64,000 nucleotides of DNA from Octopus bimaculoides (lineage: Eukaryota). Positions 36,701 to 50,800 of this stretch are shown piece by piece. A program made the translations under genes and the position numbers. The stretch lies in the NCBI RefSeq assembly GCF_001194135.2, contig NC_068982.1:166454626-166518625 (forward strand), given 5' to 3'. How positions within the stretch are numbered: the first letter of the stretch is position 1; every line of letters begins with the position of its first letter. The notes under the pieces are model-generated. The model made no database searches. It was not told the DNA's origin and saw only the letters and a list, made by a program, of their open reading frames with translations.

Positions 36701-38789
36701 AAGTTAAATTCATTGCCATATGCTCAGTAGCCTATTACCTTAAAATAGCAGCCAATATGTAAACTTGAAGTAACTGACAGAAATTCTTAAAAGCAGAAAT
36801 AGAAAATGTAAATGTCAGAGAGGAAAAAATCAGTACAACTTACCAACAAATTTACAATACAACTCATTCTATGATCCTTAACTTCATCTTGGATCATTGT
36901 TCTATACTGTAACAGCCGTTGTAGTAGCTTACGGATCATCTCAACAAATATCTCTCCTTGTTGTGCCATCTGTTTATGCTTTTCAAATAAATCTTTCAAG
37001 CTAACATAGATAGAAATATTAAATGAATTATATCAAGAAAATGTGATACCTCCAAAGGTTATCAGAAAATCAATGAAATATTAAAGAAAAAGTTATGACA
37101 TTATCAGAAGAGCAATATTTGTGACTTTATTTAGGATCTCCAAGACTGATTAAGGCTTGAAGAAAAGAAGTAGCTTACTATCAGATGAGAAATCTGATTT
37201 GAGCACTTTCAACTGAGTGGATTTCACTAAAGGCCCCCATGGCCAGGTAGTGATATTAAACTCAAGACAAATTAAGTCTACCACCCAAAAACAGCAATAA
37301 TTTCCCCAATGAATGTCCCCAGTTTCATTTACTAAATTTCACTCACAAGGCTTTCATTAACTATGGCTATGGTAGAAGACACATTCCCAAAGTGCAACAG
37401 AATGGGATTGAAAGCAAAGCCTCATTGTTGAGAAGTAAACCTATTAACCACATAACCATGCTTGCACCTTTACTGTTTTCCAGATGTATGCCACTCATTC
37501 TTTTGATAAAGATCAAGTCTGTTAAAAATTAATATTCATATACAAGCATTTAATGTTTTATATTAGCTTCTAAGTAGCTTGAGATTAGAACACAAAGGCT
37601 TTTTTTTTTAAAATTAGGATCCATGTAAGTTTATATAAATGATTTCTGACTTATGTTCAAGATCAGCAATTTGAAGGAGAGGGTGAGTTGGTACCATCAA
37701 CTCCTGTACTGGTATTTTATTTTATCAACTCCCAATAAGCTGACCTTGATGGATTCAAATGCAGAATACAGAGAGCAGTGATTAAATACCACTAGGCATT
37801 TTGTTTGATGTCCTAACAATTCCGACAGTCTATTAATTTTAAGACTTGATAATGTCAATAATGTAAGTTGCATACAAATAGAAAATAGTACATTTTCATA
37901 TTTTTTTCTCTTATAGGTGAAAGTGCATGAAGAAATGCTTCTAGGCAAAAAATAAGTCTTGGAAACTTTTTATTTTCAAGGTATAAAAATGCTCAACAAT
38001 GGAATCATCATCATCATTTGACGTCCGTTTTCCATGCTGGCATGGGTTGGATGGTTTGACTAGAGACTGGCAATGTTTCTACAGGTGGATGCCCTTCCTA
38101 ACGCCAACCACTCTGAGAGTGTAGTGGGTGCCTTTTACGTGCCATCAGCACAGGAGCCAGTCAGGCAACACAGGCATTGGCCACGTTTGGATGGTGCTTT
38201 TTACGTGCCACCAGCATGGAGAGCCAGTCAGGCAGTTCTGGCAGCAACACACACATGAATGAATGGTGCTTATTGTGTGCCTCCAGGACTAGTAACGGCC
38301 TTTCTCCCAAAGCCATCATATATAATGATATACCATATAACATTTAGAAAGAATCTGTAATTTTCACAGATATCATAATTTCCTAATTATGGGAAAATCT
38401 GAAAAAATCTTTATCAAACTAACAAATACATTCACCTAAATTCAAAACTCAATGGCTGAGTAAAATACCTGAAGCATGGATGACAACTGAAAAACTCATC
38501 ACAAATATTTATTGGTAATTTGATATTTCTAAAAATACTTACATTTCATACATAAGTTCCATGTATTCTTCATCACCACAGCCACCTTCAACCAGTACAT
38601 CAAGCTGAGTTACTATTTGGTTTTCAACCTAAAATAAATAAATAAATAAAATAAAACAGATAAATNNNNNNNNNNNNNNNNNNNNNNNNNNNNNNNNNNN
38701 NNNNNNNNNNNNNNNNNNNNNNNNNNNNNNNNNNNNNNNNNNNNNNNNNNNNNNNNNNNNNNNNNNNNNNNNNNNNNNNNNNNNNNNNN

Positions 38790-38821
<32 letters not shown>

Positions 38822-41800
38822 CACACACACACAATACTTTCGGAAAATTCTTATTTAAATTTTATAAGATTTTAGAAAATTCAGACTTGGAAACATTTGG
38901 GCTCTGTCGCTGCGGAGATTAGACATGTAACTCCTTGAATTGTATAAAATGAAGACATCATAGATAGCAGTCTAGAAAAGGGTGTTAAGACATGTGACAT
39001 GGGATACAGGAGGATTTAAATCTGGAATGCAGCCGTCTAAATGATTGTGCAATACCATGGTAAAAAGCTGATACTTATAATATCTGGGTTGGTTAGTTCT
39101 ACAAATTTATATGAATACCTGAACTATTAGAGTAGGTGTTTTACAATAGGATGCTTTCACTGATGTTATTGATGTAACCATAAATTTGTAGTGTTTTTTA
39201 TTGTTAAGTACTTTTACTCAACTTTGCTAGAGCAGCTCTAAAGTATAAGGATAACCAAACTAATTTCTGAGAGCAACTCACACACTTGGAATATTGAATG
39301 TTTCATATTTCTAATAATCAAGGTGAATATTACCAAACAGTGGAGTGGAAAGTCAATCTGATAGCAATACTGCACTCAGTGCAGTATGGACATATCTGAG
39401 GATGTTCTGTAGGATAGTGCAGTAATGAGAGCAAGCATATCTTGGATAGGTTAGTGTGGCAGTCAAGGTAGGATATGTGGGGTGCACCGAGTTACTGTGT
39501 CAGGGAAGTGCATCAGTTTGGTCAAGTTGCATCTCAATTGGTTGTTCAGCATGTTATTAGTACCTGGTACTCAGTTAAAAAGCTCAGTGTTTCCCAAAGT
39601 GAGTTTTAAGTAACCCCAGATTCTGTGGAAAAGCTCTGAGGTTCAATAAAATAAGGCATCATTTGATAGTATTTGATAATTTTATTTTATGGTATTGTCT
39701 TGCTTCAAAATAATCTGTTTCAAAGTTAGGGTGGTTGAGGTCGTCTATCAAATACAGGTAAGGAAAATCATATAAAGGGTACTGTTGTATAAAGGATAAT
39801 TTGAAAAATTGGAATAAGCAGAATAAGAGAAGACACATGAGATTGAGAATTGCTGAAGTGGTTACAGGATGTGTGATGAAAGAGCTTTGACAAAGAAACT
39901 AAAATAATAGTAATAAAGCTAAAGTGAAGAGCAAATATATAGTGTGTGTGTTTAATTGGCAAAATATGACTGTCCTCAAGTATAACAATATCGGTTTCAA
40001 AGACATAAACGTAACATATAAAAGATTCTATGACAAAATTAATTTGAAAACTACTGAAATGCACCGAACAATTTAAAAATGAATGTCTTAAATCAACATA
40101 AAGAATAATAACATAAAACAGCAAAGATATAACATTTACCTCAGAAAAATTGTTTTTAATGTTTCGTCCATCTGACGAGATTTGCTGAAACTCACACTGC
40201 ATCATGTCAAAGAAGATTGGAATAGTGGCTTTCCTCAAAACTGTTTCATACAAGAACAATTGGTTGTGAAAGCAGAAAATATGCAAAAAAAAAAAAAAAA
40301 AGTTCAAGACAAATGAAATATTTTTGAATGACAAATTTATTATTTGTGTTTAATTTGAAAGTGTGGTGAATATTGTAGCATAAGTGGTAAAACTCCTGGT
40401 GAATTAAAATATTTGGGATCCAAGTTTGCATCGCTAACTCTAACCATTTTACTTACAACATTTACTGCTCTTTGGAAGACTATAGTGCTTCACATTTATG
40501 TCCAATTAGTCTCTGAAGACAGTAGAGCTGATTACATATAGATGGACACCTCCTCTTCCTAGCTCCATTGGCTAAACTTAAGCAAAAAAGCCCCAGGTCC
40601 TATTAGTCATTCATTAAATATTAAGTTGTTTGATTGGGCATGAGATCAACCTTTGTAGGAAAATTAAATTGGCCTCAATACATTATTGCTATTTACTATT
40701 TTGTTACATGAAGTCCTTCATACTGAAGAGCACTGTACTATGGAACCATCTCATCATCATCCAATATTACAATAGACTAATTTCTATATCATCAAGTTCT
40801 TTAATAACTGCATAAATATAGAATTTTTACTCATCCACAATTCTATTTCATTCTTCCAATTTAAGATATAGTTAATAGAAATGCTGTAGTATATTATTAA
40901 CACATTTTTTTTATTCTCTCCGTCACAACTTCCATAAAAGAATGAATACTAAATGTATCCAAGAAATAGTACTTACTCGTTTCAGGAATAAGTGTCATCT
41001 CCAAAATTTTACCAACCAAATCAGGAATGAACCGGTGTTTGTTTTGATCTACAATAGAAATACATCATCATTAACATCATATATGACTGTTATAAATTCC
41101 TGTGCAAAAGATGGCTTTGAGACATTTGATGGAATACCCAAAAGTATTCAGGATAAGCAGCTGTAAGATGTTTATGTAGCATATCAGTTTGGGTTCAACT
41201 TCCTTGTTTGATCAGCAATCTAGCCATAACCCATTTTGTCTTAATTCATGTGGAATTGTTAAATGAACTGCTGAACATTGGACTTACAAGCTTACAGGGT
41301 GTGCTTCAAATTCATTGCAAGTATTTCATTGCCACTCTGGGTAGAAAATTTTATTGTATGCGTCGTCGTCATCACCGCCGCCGTCATTGTTTAATGTCCA
41401 CTTTCCATGCTGGCATGGGTTAGATGGTTTGACTGAGGACTGGTGAGCCAGAGGCTGCACCAGGCTCAATCTGATCTGGCAAAGTTTCTACAGCTGGATG
41501 CCCTTCCTAATGCCAACCACTCTGAGAGTGCAGTGAGTGCTTTTACGAGACACCAGCACGGGGGCCAGTCAGGCAGTTCTGGTAACGACCACGCTGAAAA
41601 GGTGTTTTTTATGTGCTACCTGCACAGGAGCCAGTCAGGTGGCACTGGCAACGACCATGCTTCATGTGCCGGTGACTCTGGCCCTGTCGGTAAGGCCCAA
41701 TATTCGAAGGACATGCTTCACCACCTCATCCCAGCTTTTCATTCGCAACACACGATCATACCAGCGCACCACATCTGATGCTTCTTAAATCCAACTTTTC

Positions 41801-44800
41801 TCACAGGGCACTTACACTCTGTCGTGTATGCACACTGACATTACACATCCAGAGGAGCATACTGGCTTCATTCTTTGCAAGTCACGGCCCATATTTCACT
41901 GCCATGCGTCATACAGTCTGAAGAGTGTTTCCTGCACTAAACTGGTGCTTGACTTAAATATTCTGACACAAGAGTTAAGACTTGCTTTAAATTTACAAAT
42001 ACTTTGGATGATTTAAAGATTTGAAGCAGTTGTCTTTACACACTGAGGTATGTTTATTCTATAACAATCACAGACAAACCAGTGAGAGATTTTTCTGATG
42101 CATTTAGAAACTAAATCTTCTTTAACACCCTATTGTTTCAAAATGGGAACCATATAATTTAAATCATAATAAATGTTATTATATATACTCTCCCATAAGG
42201 TAAAACACTGATGTTTTTAATTCTAGTTACACAACGTAAGCATCAAAAATCTAAGTTGTGGACAATGGTGACAATGGTGTTGTGGACAATGGTGTTGTGG
42301 ACAATGGTGTTGGGGTTAAATAAATGTATTTAAAAAATTGTTTATGTCAAAATTTGAGATGAAAAAAAAAAAATTTATAATATTAAGGCAGAAATACAAC
42401 ATAGGCAACTAAAATGTTTAAGTTACATACCCAATTTGAACCACATGCTTCGAATTTCAAACCCCATCTCTCGTCGCATGTCTTTATATCTGAAGAAGCA
42501 AAAAGTAAATTGAGAGAAAGTGAAAGAGAGAGAAAGAAAGAGAGAGAGAGGCAGGAAGAGAATATTATTCACATAAAAAGAAACCTAATAACATTCAAAG
42601 AGTATAGCTTATGTTTAACCTATTTCTAAGATTTAAAGAAATAAGAAATAGGGTTGCAACTGGTAGGGTATTTGGCTAACTGAATGAAGTGCTAATAGTT
42701 CATATTTTGTTGGTGTAATGCTGGATATCTCAATGGTCTAATTAACCTAGTTGTAAATAGGTATCACAAGAGGATATGGTTCATCACCATAAGTCGTAAA
42801 GAACATGGACATTATATAAATGGTAAATGTTTGATTAGCTTTCAGTACTTAGCTCAAATTTTCCTCTCGGTCAAGAGTGATCTGTAGCTTTGTGTTTCTT
42901 ATCACAGAGTGCGAACAAATGCATGCATGTATGCCGGCTTTTCCATCCATCTATCCATCTCTCTCTTCCCCTAACACACACATAGTAGGATTCAGGCATG
43001 GTTGTATGGTTTAGAAATTCACTTAAACAATCCTGTAATTCAGGATTTGATCTCACAGTATGGAGCCCTGGACAAGTCACTTCTACCATAGCCTTGGATT
43101 GACCAAATTATGTGAATGAAATTGGGTACACAGAAAACCTGAAAGAGGACTGTACTTAGATAGTAGACTAATCTGTCACCAAGTTAACACCCACAACTGG
43201 CAGAATCTACTTTGTTGCAAGTATATAAGCCATGTTTTTGGTCCGAGTTGTGATTTCTTCCTCTTTTAACACCATCAGTTTTGGTGACTATGCAAAACAT
43301 CATGTCATTACTTCTCTACCTCTGACTAAGCCATAAAATATCTGACTTCAGCTAATGATCCCTTGGCTCATTAAACTAAGATTAGATAATCAGCGATCCA
43401 TAAGTACATTACTCACATCAATGTTTAGAAGTATTGTTTTAAATGGCGGTGAGGGCAGAGCCATGAGAGCTTTCTTGTACAGAGGAGAGATTTCTGGTAT
43501 AGGTGGTGGGGGCAGGAATAGGAGGGCACATCAAAAATAAGGAAGGACAGATAGACTGCTCCTTTCCAAGCTATGAGAGAAATAATGACAGAGGATGAAC
43601 AGAGAAATCAGGGAAATAAGATAGTAAAAATTAAAGCGGGGAAGAGGGAAGGGTTAAAAGCCAGGGAGCATATCTCTAATGAGTGACAAAATTATGATTA
43701 TAAATTGGCTTATATTACGTTTCAGCATAATTAGAAAGCTTAAAAAAATACAAGGGTGCTGAAAAGTTCCTGGCTTTAAAGGTATTACGAAAGGCCTGGT
43801 TGAAGGCCCAACCTTAGAAAAACTGAAGGACTGCTGCAATAAGTGTGTGAATCTGATGGGGGAATATGTTGAATAAAATCATAATTAACTAATCCTCCTG
43901 TATTTTCTTTTACTCAAAGCCAGGAACTTTTCAGTGACCCCTCACATGTAATCAAACAGCCTTGTGTATTTAATTGATCTGCAGACTATTTTCTCATGTA
44001 AGATGTCAAATGGAACAGAGAATACAACAGCTTTCTATCATCAATAATCTACTGAAAATCTTACCTGGCTATAATTTTACTTCTTTTATTAAGAGAGAAT
44101 TTCTCCAGTTGCAATGGCTTTTGTGTAAGAAATGACACTGCACAGAAGAAGAATCCATTCCATAGCTAGAAATCAAATAAAAGGAGTCACTTAATCAACT
44201 TTCTTCAATACCTCAGCAGTATAGTCTTTCTTTTTGATTAAAAAAATATTTAGTAATTCAAAACTTTTATTCCTTAAACATAAGAAACTTGCACAGCTGA
44301 GCAATATTACTCTTCAATTGAATGACAGAGTTTAATCCAAGAATGATATCAATATCATCATCGTTTAATGTCTGCATTTCCATGCTGGCATGGATTGGAC
44401 AGCTCGACTGAGGACTGCCACGCCAGAAGGCTGCACCAGGCTCCAATCTGATCTGGCAAGGTTTCTACAGCTGGATGTCCTTCCTAATGCCAACCTCTCT
44501 GAGTGTGTAGTGGGTGCTTTTTATGTGCCATCGGTATGAGGGCCAGTCAGGCAGTACTGGCATCAACTGCACTCAAATGGTGCTTTTTACATGCCACCGG
44601 TACAGGAGCCAGTCAGGCAGCACTGGGAATGACCACGCTTGAATGGTGCTTTTAATGTGCCACTGGCATGGCAGCTAGTCAGGTGGCACTAGCAGCGACC
44701 AGGAGGCACTGGCAATGGCTGGCATTGTATGTTTTATCTTTATAAATGGCTTATTCATTGATAATTTTTTTAAAAAATTGTGGTAACATCAAAAAGAGAC

Positions 44801-47800
44801 ATATTCTCACTATATTAGTGATGAAACTCTCTTGTTATGATTATTCAGGGAAAACATTAATCTGAGATTTCATTAAAAATTTTAAACACAAGACACCAGA
44901 GTCAAGATACATGCAGTTTGAAAGACAATTGCTATTAATCTTAAAAGAGGTGGTTCTTTGAGACTGCAGTAAAAATAGCAGAAAATACACATGTTTGTAA
45001 GTTTCCATGCTTTCTATCAGTTATAGAACTGTCATACAACCCTACTGTCTTCATCATTAAGTAAACAAGGATATGATGCAAAAAGTGATGCATTGTTACT
45101 GTGTAATGATTGTAGGAAAATACAACTATTTGCAAGATACAAACTCTATAGAAAACCTATTAAATAAAATCTACCAAAGTAAAATGAGGGCAGTGAATAA
45201 AAAAAAATAATCTACAACTAGTACAACCTTCTCACTATATAAATTATAAAACAAGGAGGACACAGAAAAATGAAATCTGTTCCCAAATTCAATGCAGGAT
45301 TCTGCATTGAAATATTTCTATATTTTCCACAATGTTTTACAATTTATATTGTTATTGGTTTGCATCTACTTTTCCAGGCAAGCATGGGTGGTATAGATTT
45401 TTGAAATTTGGATATTTACATATTGTTGAAATAAAAGGTTTTTCTAGCTTGATGCTCTTCATTCGTCTCTATATTGAAATAAATAAAAAAAAAACAATTT
45501 ATTTAACTGATACCTACCTCATATTCAAATGGATCAGAAAAGCTATTTTTTATTGTTGTGGCAAAAAACCTCAAGGCTCGAAGAATGATGCTGTTGGAAG
45601 ATTAGATAAAGATTAAATATAAATACAAATTATTAGTAGAAATGTTTTAAAAAAATCACAATAATTTGAATTAAAAGATTTACACAAGACATAAATCAAC
45701 TGAAAACTAAATACCTGTTTTGATGCAAAATCATCTCATTCCAGTCATTCTTGTAGACATTCTCAGTTATTAAATGCTGTAGAATCATGAGTATTTCAGT
45801 AAGGAAATCAAGCAAATCAAAGCGTGTTGCAAAGCTGTTAATATACACAGTGTAATGATGCTGAGTCATTTGACTGAGAATGGCCATCATTATCGCAACA
45901 TAGTTGCCCTGGAATTAGAGAAAGTAAAAGCAAAGACATCATTACACCGTCTGATACTAGGTGACTAAACATAGGTTTTAGCTTTATTATTTATTTTGTT
46001 TTATAGGCTCAACAAGCTCCAGCTTTATGATGGGAAGTGACATTTATTATGTGTTCATTAAGTGAGTTAGAAAAATGTTGACAAATCACAAAATTTATCT
46101 ATAAATAATTGAGAATATATTTACTATTAAGTTGTTTCACTCACTCAGATAATAGTATATTACAGCTGATGTGTGCTTAATGAGCTGTGATCTTGCGTTA
46201 AAAGCTAGTTACTACAGCCATTTTGTTACATCCCTCTAAAGGTATATAACATTAGTTGCATGAACTTTGTCTGACAGATAGAAAACACTAACACTTTTAT
46301 TCATGATTGACAGCATTTGTTAACTTGAAATGATTGTGATCACCAATTTATGTTGGAGTCTGCATATTAAAGCATAAACATGAAACAACTATTAGAACTT
46401 ACCACAAGACTTTGATTCCAATCCATCTGAATAATTGTTTGAATCACAGTTCTGAATATCTTTTGGATCATTATTGACAAATCATCAACCTACAAAATTA
46501 ATTATAAATAAGTAAACAAAATCATCTTTCGTTTTAACAAATTCAACAAACTAATTTTATTTTACTGAGTTATTTTACTAGCAGATTAAATTACAGTGTA
46601 ATGGATAAGGACGGATACTTATGGATTGTGTGGAGTATCAAGTTCTAGACAGTACAAATATCAAACTCGTAGTAGTGTCAGGCCTTGTGAAGCCATCATC
46701 AGAGATCACACAGCTCTAGTTGCTGTATTGCCAAAAGCCAGTTGTATATAGGCTATGTATAAAAAGCATATAATCCACTTGAGGATATGCTAATTTTATA
46801 TTGGATTAAATTTGATAATAATCATCATTTAACATCTGCCTTTCATGCTAGCATAGGTTGGATTGATAACTGCTTAAAAAAACTATTAAAAGATCATCAA
46901 AGCATGAAATTTTTTAAAGATTTGCCTCACTGAAATTAACCAAACTCTGATGGGAACTTGAAACCTGAAACATCAGTAAATTTAATAGCCATGCTGTGTG
47001 ACCAAGGACTATATTCTCTTTTCATACCAAAACTATATATAATCTTTTAACTTTCATGGTATACTAATTGTTATAATTTCAAACAGAAGTATTAGGATAA
47101 CTTAGATTTCTGGAAATTAAGTTAAATAAGTGATTGAAATGTAATAGAATAAGACTCATTAATTAAGTTGAACTCCAGTAGCAATAATTGTGTAGTGTAA
47201 GAAAGATTTAGTGTGGAATTAGATGATTTTAGCAAGAAAAACAAATAATTAAATTACATTTCTTGTACAGTAGAAACTGTCCATGATATCACTGAGAACA
47301 TTGGCACATTCTGGCATTTCTCGTTTGTTGTTTAGCAGCTCAGAAGTGTGAGTCAAGATCATAGGAAGAAGAATATGTCGGCACGCTGTGGAGAAAATAT
47401 CAACGCTATGAAAATTCTTGTAACATCTTCATTATTTTGAAGTTATGTATCAAACAATGATAATACTTTTCTGCTTCTTTTTACATCATTGTGCATCATA
47501 TTGTAAACATTAAAAATGCATCTATTAGATTGATTAAGTATTTTGCATATTAATAATACTCTTTTGGTAAAGAGAAGAGCACAGTTGATTAAAATGTTCC
47601 TTAGCTAGGAGAGCAAACATACAGGGCTACTAACTCTTGCAGGCATTTCTTTGTTGATTTTTGAAAAACTTTTTATTCTATTGACTTTAATACATCTAAC
47701 AATGAAGAATAGGTAAGAAAATGTTTAGAAAATTTATTGTAATAAATTAGCAAAAGATCTACATTCATTTAAAGTCACTGAAAATGGAAGTAATGGCTAT

Positions 47801-50800
47801 AAATGTTTAAGATATGTGAAAGGATTAAGTCAAATATTGTTTTCTTTTAAAAGAACAAAATATAAAACTCAAACTTGGTGGGATATTAATAAAATGATAA
47901 TAAGTTACTGAAGTAGATACAGTAGAGCATCTAGCCAGCTTTATCTTATGTCAATTCCACTGACATTAGGCTATGAAAATAAGGACAAGCTCAATTTTTA
48001 TAAGGAAATAGGAAATGACTGTGAGGGTAAATTTAATTGAATTTACTTCCATAAATTATAAGTACTTCATTAATCAATTCTAGACAGATGAAATGCAATA
48101 GGAATCCTAGTAAGAATTGAACTGAGGAAAATATCTTCCATAAATAATCCAGTTTCAGTAGAAATTACTTACCACTATCCTCAAATAGTTTACTGTGAAC
48201 CAGGTTGTTAATACTTTGCATTTTTTGATTGGACAGCCGATTCGGTGGTATGGCATCAAAGAATGACACCAACAGTTTACTACAATGTAAAGGAAAAAGA
48301 AAGCTTTTTCATAAATCAGTAGTTGATAACCAGCTGTATAGTGACAATGAACAATAGAAATGTGAAAAAAATAAATTTCCTCAAATGTACAGTGGAACTA
48401 TCTAGGTCACCAAATTATTAGCAGTGGAGGTTGTTTTGAAAGCGTATTTCATAGAATAGGAACTGGCTGGGCCAAGTTCAGAAAGCTATTACCCTTGTTG
48501 GTCACAAAGAGCCTCTCCCTCGGAGTGAAAAGCAAATTGTATGATGCCTGTGTACAAACAGCTATGCTACATGGCAGTGAAACATGGACTGTGACTGCAG
48601 AGACCATATGAAGGCATGAAAGAAATGAAGCTAGCATGTTCTTCTGGATGTACAATATTAGTGTGTATGTACAATGAAGTGTAAAGGTTTTGAGAGAAAA
48701 ATTGGGTATAAGAGGCATCAGTTGTGGTGTGCAAGAGAGAAGACTGCACTGGTACGGTCATGTTAGCATACTTATCTCTAAATGAAGAGGGAACCTGTGG
48801 AAGAGGAAGACCGAGAAAGAAGTGGGATGCAGTGATGAGAAGTGATCTTCAGATGTCGAGCCTCACAGAGATGAGAAAACACCAACACAACTGGCATTAT
48901 GCTGTGATTGAGAAGACCAACCCAGCAAAGTAAAATCCCCTCCCTCTCCCACAACTCACTTCTGCTTACCACTGATGTTTCTCCCTTCTCTCCATTCTCC
49001 CGAAGGTGTCCACCGACCTACTAGCACACAATGCAACCCTGTTAAATCCCTTCCCTTCACCCCACCACTAGCTCCCACTCTCCTTTCGAAATCTTGTGTT
49101 ACCTACCCACCCTGTTCTATCCCTGATCCACTCCACTATATACGCCACCCTGTCACATCTTCACTATCTTTCTCTCCTCTGTCTCTTCTCCAGCTAAGAA
49201 AGCCATGTCTTGTGTCTAATGCGAGACACCTTTCTATCCCTCAATACTTCTCGCACTAGTTGAAGGGTCTTGTCCTGTAAGTTATTTGGTGACTTCACTA
49301 CTGCTGGTGCTATGTAAAAAGTAGCCAGTATACTCTGTAAAATGGTTAGCATGAGAAAAGGCATCTAGCCGCAAAACTATGCCACAACAAACAACAGAGC
49401 TTGGGGTAGTCTTCTGACCTGCTTGTTCCTGTCAAACCAGCCTACCCTTGCCAGTAGGGAAAATGGAAATTAAATGAGGATGATGATGATGATGGTATAT
49501 GTTCTCTATGGGCTCTCTGCATTGCGCTAATGTAATTGGTTATGATTTGTAGAAGTCAGCATATCATCACAGAATTGAAAGTGACTAGAATTTTAAAAAT
49601 GAAAAAAGCAGCAGACTAAGGAGGAATGATAGCAGTCATGGCTTTTTGTAAGTTCACTCCTGATGGACAAGAGTGGTGGAGTTAATGCTCAAGTGAAACT
49701 ACTGCATATAAACACCTGTAGGTAAAAAAAAAAGTGAGCAGAGAAGGAAATAGCTGCAGTGCTGGAGATGAAGGTTTATAAGTATGGTCTGCAGCAATTT
49801 AATATAGGAGCGATGTCTAGGGATAGGTGCATTGGACAGGCTCGGATGGAAATGATAGTGGTGATTGTATTGTCAGGAGACAATATAGTGAAAACAAAAC
49901 TGAAATGTCTTAGATTTCTATAAAGAGAAGAAGTAGCTAACATTTTGGGTTGAGTCTTTCATCTTTTCTGATGAATGGTTCTTGTTCAAGTCCTCCTCTC
50001 ATACCCTTTGTTTTTACATCTTTTATCCATTTTCCATGAGTGGAAATACCTTTCTTTTGATCATTTTTCATTGTATGACATGGACATTTAGTGGGGGATC
50101 AAATATTTTTATTTTTATGAATTTTGACATTGGTGCAGTATCTATTTTCAGCCATCCAGACTGAGGGAAGCAGAGTTATGAGAAAAGGGAACAGTGTAAT
50201 GATTAAATTTACAACAGATTTTCTCTATTAAGATTTGAACTCGTTATGTTTTAGTCAGCAGACAAGCTTTTTATTCACACATACTATAGTATCAAATACC
50301 ATTAGTAATATCTAAAAAAAATTTAAATGCTTAATAGTTTGGTAAAATGTAAAGAATGTAATAACATTTTTCGATTAATTTTAGTCGTTATAAAATGAGA
50401 TGATGAAAAAACAATAAAAAGAAAAGGGAGAATAATGGCCTTACCTGAGTTCAACTGGACTAAATACAGAAATCACATCAGGTATTGTGGTTGTAATATA
50501 TTTCAATGCAGCACCCTGAAGAAAGTAACAAACATTAATAACAAACTGATAACAGATGGAAATGTTCTCTCTCATATATCATCATTTTTAACATCCACTT
50601 TTCCATGCTTGCATGGGTTGGATGGGAGTTATTGAGGTAAATTTTCTATGGCTGAATGCCCTTATTGCCACCAGCCATCACCTGTTGACAAGCAAGGTAA
50701 TATTTCCCCCATACCCAGACATGCTCTGGCAGAATATTGGAAATTAACGACAATACTTGTAAAACAGTGACACTCATTTACATCATGTGATGTTGAGACA

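Noticed and set aside
39768-40334. 188-aa ORF
   Set aside because: Only 40140-40240 is exon; the rest is AT-rich intron read-through.
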